From Microbotryum violaceum (taxonomy: Eukaryota), in assembly GCA_001244265.2 (NCBI GenBank), contig CDLV01000005.1, positions 248,001 through 312,000 of the forward strand: DNA of 64,000 nucleotides, written 5' to 3'. Below are positions 25,475 through 39,067 of the stretch, in pieces. Under the pieces are notes generated by a model. That model worked only from the letters and a program-made list of their open reading frames with translations, did no database searches and was not told the origin of the DNA. Every line of letters begins with the position of its first letter. Positions within the stretch are counted from its first letter, which is position 1. A program made the position numbers and the translations under genes.

Positions 25475-27118
25475 ATGGTAAGTTCTTTCAAACGCTCGAC
25501 CACGAGCTACTGCACTGTATGTCCTGACACGCTTTTACGCTGGACTTTTACTTGGCGCGGTATATAAGTCTTCCGCGCTGGACCAGATCAAGCAGTTCAC
25601 GACCATCGTTTCGGACTCGGGCGAGTTCGACACGATCAAGGCGTACAAACCCCAGGACGCGACCACGAACCCTTCGTTGATCCTCGCCGCGGTCAAGAAG
25701 GCAGAGTACGCCAAGTTGATCGACGTCGCCGTCGACTATGCCAAGCAGCTAGGAGGGTCAGTCACCAATTCCCAATCTCAGCTTCAATTGCAGTTGAGCC
25801 GAGACCGATGACACCGAGGGAGGGCGAGGTGGCGGAGAGCGGCGAGAGCGGCGCCAGACTCGACTGGATATCCTGGCACATCAAGTATGACAACCATCAT
25901 CGCTTATCCATGCTGATCAATAAGCCATATCCCACCCGTAGTGACCTCGACACCCAGGTGTCCAACTGCACTGACCGACTCGTAAGTTGATCCCCTGAGC
26001 GAGCGAGCGGAGCATCATCGGCTTGCCCCGGTGATGACGTGCCCAGCGCTGGGTGGGCTCTTGAGATCCCCACGCCGTCGCGGACCACGTTAACAATCGT
26101 AACTGACTTGGTCATACCTACTACCCCACCACAGCTCGTCGAATTCGGCAAGGAGATCCTCAACATCGTCCCCGGCCGTGTCTCGACCGAGGTCGATGCT
26201 TCCCTCTCCTTCGACAAGGAGGCCACAAAGGCCAAGGTCAGTCCATTCAGGATGCTACCCCCCAAATTCCGAGTTAGCGAACTCCATCTGAACCCGTTAT
26301 TCTCTCATTTCGCAGGCCCACGCTTTGATCAAGCTTTACGAATCCATCGGCATCTCCAAGGATCGCGTCTTGATCAAGATCGCCTCGACCTGGGAGGGCA
26401 TTCAAGCCGCGCGAGAACTCGAGCGTGACTCGGGCATTCACTGCAACCTGACCCTCTTGTTCAGCTTCAGCCAGGCCGTCGCATGCGCCGAGGCTGACGT
26501 CACCTTGACCTCGCCCTTCATCGGCCGCATCTTCGACTGGCACAAGAAGGCCAAGCCGGACGGCAACTACGACGGCGCCAACGACCCGGGAGTTCAGTCC
26601 GTACAAAAGATTTACAACTACTACAAACAACACGGTTACAAGACCATCGTCATGGGCGCCTCGTTCCGTAACGTAAGCAACTCGGGAAGCTCTTTGCCCA
26701 GCTCATCGAACCCATGCTGACGTCAAGAATGTTTGGGGTTTCCCCTCCCCATAGACCGGCGAGATTATCAACCTTGCTGGGTGCGACTTCCTCACCATCT
26801 CGCCGTCGCTTCTCAAGGAGCTCCAGGATTCGAACCAGAAGGTCGAGCGCGTCATCTCCCCCGAAATGGGTAAGCTCAGCTGTGGACTCGCCATCAACAA
26901 ATCTCCCCGTTTTACTTTTCACTAATTAAATTCGCGTTCCCCTCACAGCCGCCAAGAACGAGCCGATGGAGAAGCTCACTTACGTCGACAACGAGCCGGC
27001 GTTCCGTTGGGCCCTATTTAAGGACCAGATGGCGTTCGAGAAGTTGCACGAGGGGATCCGAAAGTTCGCCGAGGACGCCGACGTACTCAAGGAGTTGTTG
27101 ACCGCCAAGCTCAAGTAA
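25475..27118 (+). CDS. TAL1: Transaldolase
   Basis: ATG|intron|[57 protein letters not shown] (Schiff-base Lys), [33 protein letters not shown] at 27116-27118. Confidence 0.96.
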
Positions 27119-27630
27119 AAAAAGTGTGGAAAATTTTGGATGGGTTCTAAGGAGTTAAGGAGAAAAGGAAGGAGGACGTGAAAAAGGAGGGTGGTGACGA
27201 TGCATGTTTCCTTTGACGCGTATTCGTGCTGCCTTTGTTTTCTTCTTTCTTCTTTCTGTTTCCTATAGTTCGGATCGGAGGCAGATCAAACCGTGTCCCC
27301 CCCTCTGCTACCTTTGTTTGCAATGATCGTTCTGTCTGTGCACCATGGTATATTAACATCGGATCGACAGAGATGATCGCACACTGGTAGACCGGCATAC
27401 GGAGGACGAGATCCACCGAATTATCGTGAAGGTGTCCGCTCACTTGCCGTAAAACGGGGTTCAAAAGTGATGCACGCTGGGGGTGCTCAAGTCTCACGAA
27501 TGTATCAGGAACCCAAATCACGTAAACAAAAACCGGGTTCCTTTTTTTCGGGTAGAGCCCTACAGAACATGGAGGTGACGCGAGAAAAGAACCAAAATCA
27601 AATCAAATCAGAAGGGTCCAAATCCTCTTT

Positions 27631-29054
27631 TCACTCGTAAAACCCTTTAAAAGTTTCCCACAACTTCTCCCTAACCCTTCCAGCCTCGACCTCACACCAC
27701 TTTGGTTCACCCACATCCTTCATCCTTTGATTCATAAAGTAACTCTTCCCTACTTGATTAGTCGGCGCTTTAGGATTCGCGGCTAGGTATACGGGGATGT
27801 CAGCGAAGGATTGAGGGGTGTTGCCGAGCGAGGTGTAAGTGAGCAAAGGGCCAAAGATGGATTGCGCCAACGTGATGGGGTATGGGAAACCTTGGTTCGC
27901 CGCGGCTTGGCTGAACGAGTTGGAACAGGACGGGTTATGTAGGAAACGTGTCAGTGATCGATGAAGGGTGGCACAACCTTTGGCGAGGCGCGGTTGAGGA
28001 CCATATGATAATGATGGTGCTCACGTGTGGACGTAGCCTGGGAAGAGATGGACCGCTCGGAGATGGGGGTACTTTTTCGAAAAGGCCTGTAGTAGGTTTT
28101 TGGTAAGACATAAACCCAATATCACCGTCTCCAGCCGAAAGGAAGAGCCCACGGGAGTCAGGGGCTTGAAGAGAAAAGAGACGAACCGAAACCAGTCCAT
28201 CCTGGATCGCGCCATCTTGCTCGGCCTGTTTCATGAATCTCTTGATCCAGCTCATTCCTTGGTCCTTCAGCTCCAAATCATCCAGAACTGGTGCAGCCGA
28301 GTTGGTTCCGGAAGGTGCGCAGACGGTGATCCAAGCTTCTTTCAACGTCTTTGATTCGGCCAAGAGGTAAGCGAGACCGAAGCGCGAGATGTGTTGGATC
28401 GCGAATCGCTTCTCGTGGTCTTCGGTCGTGAGGGAGAAGCTTCCATTTGGAGGTCCACCTAAAATGTAGTTGGAGGACACCGCGCAAGTCAGCAGTTAGC
28501 CTCACCACTTCGACGGGGGGGAAGACCGAGAACGAACCCTGTGTAGTGATGAGGTAGTGGATCCCCTTGTCTCCAGCCTTGGTCTTGAGCTCTTCAACGA
28601 CTTTTTGGACGTTGCTGACGAGTCTGAAGGGTAATCAGAGCAGAATAATCAACCGCCATGCGATAATCAGGATGAGCTGTTTCGCTGCCGGGGGGGCGAA
28701 GCAGCAAATGGTTGAACAACTGACGAGAGGTCGGCTTGAATGAACTCGTACGTCTTGGTGTCGGGCGCACCTGCTCCAGCTCCCTTTAACTCTCGCACGA
28801 CCTCATCTGCTTTTTCCTTGTTTCTGCCGATGATGTAGACCGAGTCTGCGCCAGCTTGAGCAAACCGAATCGCGGTGGCGGCTCCGATCCCCTGAGGTAT
28901 TCCCCCCACATGTGAGCATGTGAGCAGTCAGCGCCTCCGATCGAGCCTACGCCGGATGGAGAGTCCTTCGACGGACCTGTGTACCACCTGCGACGGCGAC
29001 GTTCTTTCCCGCCAAGTCAAGCCCGACGTTGTTTTGTTTTGCTGTAGAGCTCAT
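27631..29054 (-). CDS. NAD(P)-binding short-chain dehydrogenase/reductase-like protein; multi-exon
   Basis: MSSTAKQNNVGLDLAGKNVAVAGGTQ|GIGAATAIRFAQAGAD (Rossmann GxxxGxG), YIIGRN, FIQADLS, HLFPGYVHT. Confidence 0.82.
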
Positions 29055-31293
29055 GGCGTTGCGGGCGGTGTAAATGGCAATCGGCGTTTACTACTTGACG
29101 ATGACGTCAATCTCCGAGTTCCACCACGGCAATGATCGGGTTCCACGGCCGACGGTGCTGCTACTGCGTGTCTGTTGTGTGTGAACACCTGGATCGTGAG
29201 GCCAGGTACTATTGCGTGTGAAAAGTGGTGTGCTTGTGCGGTTACCTGCCAATCGCGTGGTGCGGCGTGGGGGGAAGAGAAGAGCATGGACACATTGGCG
29301 TTCCCGAAGCCATCGGCGATCGAGACGAGTCGAGAATTCTGAATTACAAATTTATTGATCGGCAATACAAACCCTAGAGTCCCGTTCGGCTCGCTCCCGC
29401 CACGGAGACCTTTTGGACGCGGTTCAGGCAGCGGTTTGTTGAAAATATGTGGAAAACATGTACTATGAAAGTGTGGTCTATTTGATCGACCGGCGTGAAC
29501 ATAGGGAGTATGGTTTTCTGATCAGATTTTTGTTTGGCTGATTATGGATGATCGTTGATAGAGTGCTCGCCGCCGCGCTCGGGCCTGTGAAACAGGGGAC
29601 GCTGACGGGTCTCCTTTCCTGTTGTTGCGTGGCGCGTCCGTAGCGCAGTGGCCGCTGGCACAGCCTTTCTCTGACCATCCCATCGACAAACAAAAAACCA
29701 GCCTTCCGGACCACACACAGTATCATTGGCACCTTGGTCCCACCCATTGCAGCCAGTCCACCACGACCATTAATCGGCTTCAGGATGAGGTTTTTGTTCG
29801 TCGTGGCGCTCGTCATCGTGTGCTCCACGTTGACTGCGGCGCAACAGACCCTCAAACAAAACCAGTGAGCACAATGAATCAGATATTTCCCCGGTGCTAT
29901 CGGACCTCTTATATAATACATCGTCTCGTTCGATCTGACGCTACGTCCTCTCCGTGAAGGGCCACCATAAGGGCCGCGCTCGGGTCGTGTCGGTGTCGCC
30001 GAAGCCGCGAATGCGAGCTCAACCAGGATAATCCTCGTTGCAAGTGAGTGGTCCTCTCTTATCGGTGACCATTATTCCATCAAACCGACTTGCGCCGGTC
30101 TTCGTGCTGTAGCTCCTGCGACGAAACATTCCGTAGCCCTTGTCAGTCAGCATCCATCGTCTCGGCTTGCGTCAACCACTGCCTCCAAAAACAGTAAGTC
30201 CGCACAGAGCTATCGTTTCTTCTAACCCGCCGTAGGCTCTGACTGACTCCCAACCTCGACCAAAACATTTTCACACGCATAAGTCGCATGTTCCCGGATC
30301 GGTACGCTTGCATGACAGAAGATTTTCAAACTTCTCCGAGGTCTCCCTCTCTCATCTCATGCGGCGTCTTTGGATATTCACTCGACGCTCTCAACACTTG
30401 CCTTCAGATAAGCGAACGTCGACCGCAACGGTGAGTCAGATCACTTTCTCTCGAATTCTGTGCGCTTCAAATCTGAACCGTTCGGCCTGTAACTTTTTTT
30501 GCGAGTCTTTAAGGGCAAAGGAGGCGTTAGCTTTGGTTCAGACGTGCAACAAGGTCCTCAACTACGGCCCGATGAAAACACCTCACCCACAGTTCGACTT
30601 GTAGATCGAAGATCGCGCGCCCTGGACTAGAGGGCCGTTCACGAAGCTGTTGGGAGAGAGGTGTAGATTTGGTGGTAGAGCCACTTGAGGAAGTTTCAAT
30701 GAGGTCATTTGTCTCGAATCGAAACGGTTGACGTGGCGTATGGAATGCAGTCCAAGTTAATGATCAACATTCCGCTTCAAGAGCGAGCTTAATACGATAA
30801 AGATCAACGCCGCAGAGCAGCGGTGTTACTCAGCGACAGAAACAAGGGAGTCATTTGTTGGCGATTGGAGCTTTGGAGTCCCCTCTCCCTTGGGCACGCT
30901 CAGGCCGACGAGACATCCCCCACGGTCGGTCATCCAGTTTAACTCGACTCTTTGTCGCTCGTTAAATGGTGTTCAATGTCTCACCGAGTATGCATGGAGC
31001 CACTAAATAACGAACGATACACTCCGTGACGCCTTCCGCTAGATAGAAGTCCGAGTCACGCTCTTCCCCTTCCCTTCCCTTCCATCTCGTCCGGTGTACA
31101 TCTCGTCCGGTGCCGGGGTATATCTCGTCCGGTGTATACGCTACTCATTACGAGCCTATTGTTTATCATCATGTCCCTCTTCATGAACTTGAGCTTGGCT
31201 CGAATGACCGCGCACAATGCTCTAGACACGGACACAAGTGATCCCTTTTCACCTCTACCCCTGTTCAATACTAACGACCCGAACCGATTACTA

Positions 31294-32662
31294 CTAGTTT
31301 GCAGGACCTACCCTCGGAACGGCCTGATCCCAAGGTCCTCTGACCCTATCCTTGTACCTCAACATCAGCCACCCCCTCAAAAGCGGAACCAAGACCGCGC
31401 TCGCGAACAAGAGCATCATCGCGATCTTATCCACACCTCCTCCGAGCCCTCTCAGACTTCCTATTGCGCCTAGGCACAAGACGAGGGTCAAGATGAGGGT
31501 CGGTCGGATCGAGAGATGGGAACGTAGACCAGGTAAGGGACCGAACCAGATCGTCGCGAAGAGGAGTAGGCTAAAGACGGCGAGGTTGGATGACAATCTC
31601 GAGGCGAGGACGGTCGAGCCGGATAATGCTGCGGTGAGGGGTAGACTTGAAGAGGTCTTGCCTGGTGAACCGGTTGTACGAAGTGGGATCGAGCGATAGT
31701 CTCCGACAAAGACGTTAAGGGCGAAGAGCGTACCTGCGAGTGCCCAGATCGAGTCCGAGGTCGTCGCACGAGTGAGGGTTTTCAGAGCCGGAGAGAGCAG
31801 GTAAAGAGAGAATAGAGGGATTATGGGTATCTTCGCGTTCGTGGATGGTGTTGGGAGAGGACTTGGTATTGTTGAGGCGGGGGCTGTATCCGGCTCTTCG
31901 CCATCGGCCCCCGCAAGAACAGTCGTCGCCGGAATCTTGGTCCTCGGCTCGTCGCAGGTCCAGCGGATGACGAACAACGCGACGCGCAAAGCGACCGCAA
32001 GAACGCCACAGTAGACTAGCAACGTCGAAGGCTGCAGAGATCCTTTTGAGAGTCGTACGAATATAGATACAAAGATGAAGGTCGACGCGAGGTGTTGGGT
32101 GATGGGCAACGTTTGCGCCAAAAGCACTGGCAGGGACGCTGGATGGACATTGACTGTTACAGCGACATGTGGTCATCAGCTCTACATTCGAATAACGTGG
32201 CAGATTTCAGGTTCGTGGGCACGATGTACCATTCCTCTGCAGGTCCGAGAGAAAGGACGAGTCGACGTAGTTGCTCGGATAGTCCTGGCGGAGGTACAAC
32301 ACCTTACGGAATGGTTCCCGACTCGTTGACGCGTACCTAGCCACTGTTTGATTGTATACAATATCAGTTGCACTGTTCTCAGACGCAGGTCGAGGCAAGA
32401 AGCGACTTACTCGAGGGCCAAACTCCCAACGTCTCGAGCTCGCTACCAATCCGCCTGTGCTGGAGCGGTCATATAAGATATTCCTGGCTGGGCTGGAGAG
32501 CAGATGTTCGGCACTGGCTGCTTGCCACTGATTTGGCCCGTCCCTGCTCTCGTCCGTGCGGGGTCTATCCGCTTCTGAGGCCGTCCTCGTCCAGTCGTCG
32601 CGTGTGGATGTGGGAGAGACTAAACCCGACCCAGCGGCGCGCTCGTTCGTGCAAGTTGACAT
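31294..32662 (-). CDS. GPI2: GPI-GlcNAc transferase subunit C (PIG-C/Gpi2); start uncertain
   Basis: PFRKVLYLRQDYPSNYVDSSFLSDLQRN, LSPALKTLTRATTSDSIWAL, VLASRL, YKDRVRGPWD, plus multiple TM segments. Confidence 0.9.
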
Positions 32663-32835
32663 TCAATATTCACGACTGAAAATGTTTCAGGGGCAACGCG
32701 CGATGCGCAATAATTTACAACACAAACACAGCACCATCACTCAATTACACATATGTATATTAAAACGCGCCCGACTTTGATCCCTGAACCCCTGGCATAG
32801 ATTCCCTCGTCTGCGCTCATTCGCCCGCTCCCACG

Positions 32836-35729
32836 TCAGAACGACGGTGCGCTCGTCAGGAACAACCGATTCTCTTCCGCTTTGATCCATTTGATCACAG
32901 CCCGAGCAGCCGAAACGACCGCCGTCTTGGGTAGTAAAGGTGAGACGGCCAAATAGAGCTCAAAGCTCGAGGTCGTCTGAGGGAGAGAAGGGGGTTCAAG
33001 TCAGAAATGAGTTGTGCGACGAAAAAACCTGGCACCACCGGGAGGGCTCACCCAACCCAAGACGGCCTCGTGTTCGGTGCGAAGGTACATAAGCTTGGCC
33101 GGGGGCCGATGCACACCCCCGGCATACGCAGGACGGACGTGCAACGCCTCGTAAAGACGTTGATACAGCGTGATGAGCCTGCGAAGGAAGAGGAGGGCGC
33201 GTCGCATCAGTAATCGGCAGTAGCTGCTCAAGTAGGGCTTCCACGACGCACCTAACTCGATTCCGACTCGTCTCGTACTCGCCCTCCCAGACCGGATTCG
33301 TAATCTGAACATACGCTCTAGCCTTGTACAAAAAGTGCCTCAAACCAGGCACCGCGAGGTCCATCAACGAGTACTCTTGTAGCCTCTGCACCTTGGGCTC
33401 CTCAATCTTGTCCAACAACTTCTTGGCCTTGAGCGTCCGTTTGACTTCCTCCCCCCACGCTTTGACACCTTCGAACCCATCCCTTTCGGCGCTGACGAGT
33501 ACGATCCCCGTGTCCTGGGTAAGGTAAGAGATGTAGGCGTGCAGGAAGCCTTTGTTGTTGAAGCGCGGAAGGCAGACGGGGATCCACGATTCCGAGTCGG
33601 GGGCTTGGAACGTCGTCGAGGACGAGATGGTCGAGAGGAGGAGGTGGAGATCGGTAGGATGTATCGTGTGTCGTGTTGGACGGAGAAGGGTGACGATTCG
33701 ACCCGACGAAATAACGAACGCGTAGAGAAGACCGAGGCTTTGCGCTTGAGGCTATGGGGTGCAGAGAGCCGCGCGGTGAGCGAGAATGGTCAATCGATGA
33801 TGAATATTGGATGACGCACCTTGTGCTTGCTCGGTAACAAGGCTTTGGCCACTTCTTCCCTCGTCCCCTGATCAATTCGATACACCTCCAACGAGCTGGT
33901 CAAGATCGCGAACGAGGTTTGCAGTGTCTTGACGAGATGGTGGAAGAAAGGCTCGGTGCCTTGCATCAAGCGGCGAAGGTCAAAGTTGGAGCGTTTGGAG
34001 AAGATGCCGGAGAGTTGGGAGTATGTCACTATACTGAGGACTTGAAGGTAGAGGTATTCCAGGTGAGTGCGGAGCTGAGAAGAAATGTGGTGTATGCCGT
34101 CAGTGAGGGCGAAGGGGTAGGGCCGGATCTCACCGGGAACGTACGACGGATTCAGGCTCGCCCCAATCGGAAACGCACACGAGGTACAGGGGTGCCTTGA
34201 GCACAAAGGCAATTTTCATTTTTCCTGCGTCAACATATCTGCTCAAGACGAGTCGACCACCATCAGACTTTGAAACCGCATTCGCGAGCAGAGCCCAATG
34301 CTTCACTCACCTTAGCTTGTCGCCCTCGTCCGCAAATATGGAGATGATGGCTTGCATGACGCCGACGTAGCCCGTCGCCTCTTCATCATCGAGATCACTG
34401 GACGATTGGACAGAATGAGTACCGTCTTGTATTCCTAGCGATGACCCCTTACGCACGTAGTGAAGATGAGCTTGCCCGCCGAAGAGAGAATGAAGTATCT
34501 TCTGGGAGTCAGCTCGATCGCCTCTTGCTCGGTCGAAGCTGGAGGGTCTTGTCGTCAGCGTCTTGCCCATTCTCTTATGCACGGCGTCATTCGTAAATCT
34601 TACGCCTACCCTTGTCACTCTCGGCGTGTTCGCTCCTATTCCTACGGACGGTCGTGCTCGGCCCCGTCTCGTTCCTCCTCAACTGAGCCCTGAGCATCTC
34701 CCTTGGGTCGGTGTGCCCCTGAGCGCGCGTGACGAGCTGTTCCTCTTCATCGTCGTCGTCTTTCTCACTGAATCCCGAATTATTCGAGTGAAGAACGTCA
34801 TCCTCGATATCGGAATGATTCCCATCCTGTTGACTACCGTCGTCATCGTCGTCGGCGACGGCCAATCTTTGTTCCTCCTCGGACCTCCTCGAATTCTCTG
34901 CGGCCAATCTCGCGGCCTGTATGGTCTGCTGGGTCGGTACTCCCAAGCCTCCCGTATCCGAGTCGTCGTGCGCGTTCTGCCCTTCTTCGTCGCCGGAAGT
35001 GTCGTCAGCGCTGTGAGCTCCAGTCCGGTGCACGGGCGCGGAGACGATCCTACGATGCCTCGAAGGCATGGCATGTAGGGTAAGGCCGTCGGGTTCTCGC
35101 TTGGTCCTCGGCTTGGGCGACATTCCCTTGACGCGGGATAGAATATTGGCGAGCCCCGACGAGTCCGAATCACCTTCCTGACACCCATCCTCCTCCTCCT
35201 CCTCTGGTCTCGGTCCCTGGTCCACATGTATGGAGGGAATAATATCGCCCAGCGCCGTCGTCGCCGTCGCCGTCGTCGTCATCGGGGCCGTGGTGGTCAG
35301 AAACGACGATTTGACCTTCCTCAACTTGCGACGACTATTCGCGTCTTTACCACTTGCCGCGGAGGTGATTGCCTCAACCCAGTTGGAAGAGGTCCAAGTC
35401 GAAGCGGATGCGATCGTCGTGCGCTCTCGTCGTGGCGACGAGTCGGTCAAACCCCTCATTAGGCGCGGCAGCGTAGCCGTCGAGGTTGATGTCGCATGCC
35501 GGTCCAGTGACGATAGGGATGAGCCGGGGTCCGAAGGTGTCGCAGGTGAGGCAGGTGGCGGACCCATCAGTGGATTGATGGAGGGTTGACCACGAGCGAG
35601 GCCCAAGACGAGCTGAGACAGGGAGGTGAAAGGAGAGACAAGGGCGAAGCGACTCTGGGAATCTAAGCTCTCTTGGCTTCCGTCGCCTTCCCTCGCCTTC
35701 CGGTGCGTTTTATTCCTCATACTCTCCAT
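32836..35729 (-). CDS. MON1: Vacuolar fusion protein Mon1 (Rab7/Ypt7 GEF subunit); start could also be the ATG at 35567
   Basis: YFILSSAGKLIF, GVMQAIISIF, QLRTHLEYLYLQVLS, NFDLRRLMQGTE, SWIPVCLPRFNNKGFLHAYISYL, PGLRHFLYK, FELYLAVSPLLPK, WIKAEENRLFL. Long low-complexity N-terminus. Confidence 0.93.
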
Positions 35730-35779
35730 CTCCACCTCCACTTTTGGCCTTAATCAAGCTAAATACGACTTCTTTCACC

Positions 35780-36983
35780 ATGTAAGTCACTCCTGCGCCG
35801 CTCTGCACCCCAGCGTCATCAGCGTACACACAAGCAAAGCGCCGATGACGTCTACGGGGTCATGTGCTCGTGCACCCACTCGTCAATTGCCCTCGCACCG
35901 TATCCTCGCCCTGGCCTGATTTAAACCAGACTCGCTTGGGCCCTCGACACCGTATTGAATCGTCTTTGGTGCCCCCCTTTCGACGCCACAGGTTCGCCAT
36001 TGTCGTGCCCGGTCGAGCGGTACAACAAGCAATCGCCGTACCCGACACCGCCGGCCAATTCGCCATCAGCCTTGACAACGCCGACGCGCTCAACCACATC
36101 TGCGTTTTCCAAACAGGTCAGTCATAATAAAGCCTTGGATGCTATACAACGAATTCGCGCTCATTCGTCATTTGATTTCAACCAGCTCCTTTACCGGAAG
36201 GTTATGGGTGTACCTTGCACTTTGATCCGGGCAAGTGAGTCACGACAAGATGCTGGGTTTTCCCCACCGACCTCTTGGTGAACCTGCCTACTGAGGCTGG
36301 GATCCTCTCCCTGTTGAATTTCATACAGGGGAACAGGATGGTCTCTGATCGGAGGGTGAGTCCAGTGACTACGCAAAGCATTCACACCTACCCGCCGCCC
36401 GGGCTCGACGCTCAAAAGATCCCCACTTAACCCCCACATTCGACCCTTTCGCCAGTTTAACGAACGAGAAACCCTCGGCCATCTTCCGACTCCGAGGTAA
36501 CCTCATCCCTTCCTCCTCCTCCTCGACCCTCTCCGCCCCTTCCTTCTCCTCCCCGACCTCGACCACCTCGGCAACGCTAGGTATCCTCTGCGAACCGTTG
36601 GCAGCCGTAGAAGCCCACCTAGCTCAACTTCCCATTTCCAGTGCGAATTCAAACATAGGAGCGGGTGCACTCGTCCTCAAAGATCCTATGACGAACCCTA
36701 CAACTTTGGCCATGTTGGTCGCCAAGAACATGTTCAATGCTATCGCCGGTTTCGCGCAACAAATTCCGGGAACGATGACTTACGCCGTCGAACTTGGCGT
36801 CGTGGAAAAGTGGTATTCGTAAGTTAGCTTTGGCAGGGCCTTCTTTTCTTTTCTTTTCCACCCCCCGGGGGGGGGGGGGGGGGGGCACAAAAGTTTCTGA
36901 TCATTCTCCTTGTTGCGCGTTACAGTCGCTTCGTTGAAAAAATTAAAGCCGCTGGCGTCGGCTTCCTTCAACAACAGGACTGA
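35780..36983 (+). CDS. OPI10: Hikeshi/Opi10 family (DUF775) protein; start codon split by intron 1
   Basis: (AT|G)FAIVVPGRAVQ...NHICVFQTG, FASLTNEKPSAIFRLRG, ATLGILCEP, KNMFNAI, VEKWYSRFVEKIK. TGA at 36981-36983. Confidence 0.85.
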
Positions 36984-37765
36984 CTGACTGGATTCAGGTC
37001 AAGACGAGTCGAATAAAACTAGCTTCCTAGAGTCGGCGCACCAGGGGGCGATGATTTTGATAGATAGTCAGCGAAATAAAGGTTGGAAGAAGCGATTCGA
37101 CAACCAAGCTCTTGTACTCATATGTCGCATTGGAACGTAAAAATCGATCCGCATAGAGGATTCTGGAATGCACTAGACTGCAATCGCTCGTATCGGCTGT
37201 GAATAACACATTTCGGCGGAGAGGTGTGGATCAGGTAGGAGGTACAGATGCTATTGATTTAACCTACTCGGTCTGAATGGGGACGAAAAAGGGGGGGGGG
37301 GGGGGCCTGCTGCGTAGGTGTGAGAGGGAGTCGGGAGTCTTTCGGCGAATTGGCAACCAGTGCGCAATCGGTGCTTCACGGGGGGGACGGACGCCGATCA
37401 TAGCAGCGTAGCCACCAGTGACCAAGAATATGGTTTCCCGACTCGACCTAGGGTTACTGAACTATTCTCAGTACTCCATTCGGTAGAACGAACCGAGTTC
37501 CGAACCTCGGTCCATCATTCCCACCCGCCCCCAGCCGGGCCGGCCCGAAGCTGGGTCACGTGCCGGCTCAGCTCGTCTCGCCGTGAAAGCGCTCGAGCTG
37601 CGAGAGTCTCTTTTTCCAGAGTCCGCTCCTTCTCTCTCTCTTTGCTTTCACTCCGCCATTTAGCCCACTTCGAACCCAATCTCCGGGCCTAGGCCACTTC
37701 ACCCCTCCCAACAAAAAGCGTGATCTATTCCCCTCATCCAACTCAACACCCACACCCACACCCCC

Positions 37766-39067
37766 ATGCCGCCCAAAGCTTCAACATCAACTCTCGCCCC
37801 AATCAAATCGACGTCCGAACCCGAACCCGAACCCGAACCAGAACCAGAACCAGATCTAATCTCCTTCCAACTCGATCTAGATGAATCCCTAGCCTTTGCT
37901 CAAGCCTTAGTTCGATCATGGGTCCCTTCAAAAGTCGATACCGAATGGGCAATCACCACGAATGAAGAGAAGGGAACGTCGTTCAATTCGTTAGGACATC
38001 AGTTGACCACCAATCGTTCGAATAGGTCAGGTAGGTGAGTTAATTCTCTCTCTCTCTCCTCTTCCCCTCGCGAAGAAGGGGGTTGTTTTACGTTCCTCCT
38101 CTCTTCTTTCTATGATGGAAGGGTGTGATCCCATGTGGGTGTGTTCTTAGACTTTTTTTTTTTTTGGTGGATGGACAGATTAGGTCTCGGTGCTTCGGCG
38201 AACTTGTTGAATCAACAACAAGCTCAAGATCAAAAATTACGTAACCAATTGTTGAGGCATGTGGGAACGCATAGTCAACCTCAAGATGACGTCGACGAGA
38301 AGGGAACGATGGGGAATCGTAGTGCGGTAGTTACGAATGATGAGGACGGGGAAGAGGAAGAGGACTCGAGAAGTGCGGCTATTAGATCGAGGGATTTGAG
38401 GTCGTCCAAAGTGAGCGATCGGAGTACACGCACGACCGATAAGAAGATCGTTCAAACAACAACAGTATCATCCCCGTCAACTTCAACTACGATCCAACCT
38501 TTTCTCACTTCCGGGGCGTCTGTTGAGACAAGCCCGATTCCTTCGACTTCATTTTACGATAATCATACAACTTCTTCGAACGTTGCTTCTACTTCAACCC
38601 TTACTACGAGTACGACAGCGAAATCAGCTCCACCGGATGGGAACGGTGCCAAGTTGACCAAGAATCAGAGGAAGAAGGAGAGGGATCGCGAGAAGGCACG
38701 GCTGTTGAAACTGCAGGCGATGAGGGACAGTCAAAGAGCCGAGGAAGAAAAAGGGATTGAGAAGAAGAGGCGGATTGGGGACGTCGAAGATGCAATGGAG
38801 GAGGGCATCGCGGAGGGGAAGAAGAAGACCAAGGTGGAGAAGGCATCCCCGGTGAAGAATGGCAAGGGCCCCGAGGGAGATGAGGAAAGCTCGAGTGAGG
38901 GCGAAGACGACGATGACGACGACGAAGGGCCATCTGGAAACGGTGAAGGATCAACTAATGGAGGGACAAAAAACAAGAAGAAGAAGAAGCAACGTCGGAA
39001 GAAGAAGAAGGGCGGGCCGAGTCCCTCCTTCAAAAAGGGAGAAGGGGTGTTGAATCTTGAAAAGTGA
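37766..39067 (+). CDS. Hypothetical Lys/Glu-rich, probably nuclear protein (possibly DUF3245-like); one intron
   Basis: Two ORFs joined by a GTGAGT...CAG intron. LAFAQALVRSW, RLGLGA motif, (EP)n repeat and a basic KKKKQRRKKKK tail. Confidence 0.6.

Noticed and set aside
26030-26106. Box C/D snoRNA in a TAL1 intron (GTGATGA...CTGA)
   Set aside because: The CTGA is part of the CTGAC branch point ~25 nt from the acceptor, and there is no terminal stem or recognisable rRNA guide.
27100-27160. Cryptic peroxisomal PTS1 in transaldolase (…AKLK*), also checked for DUG1 and OPI10
   Set aside because: The AKL is not terminal, the stop is TAA without a TGA-CTA read-through context, and the read-through extensions I translated (TAL1, OPI10) do not end in a PTS1 tripeptide.
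29400-31050. Additional gene between the SDR and GPI2
   Set aside because: There are scattered splice-like motifs, but I could not assemble a coherent frame or recognise a domain.
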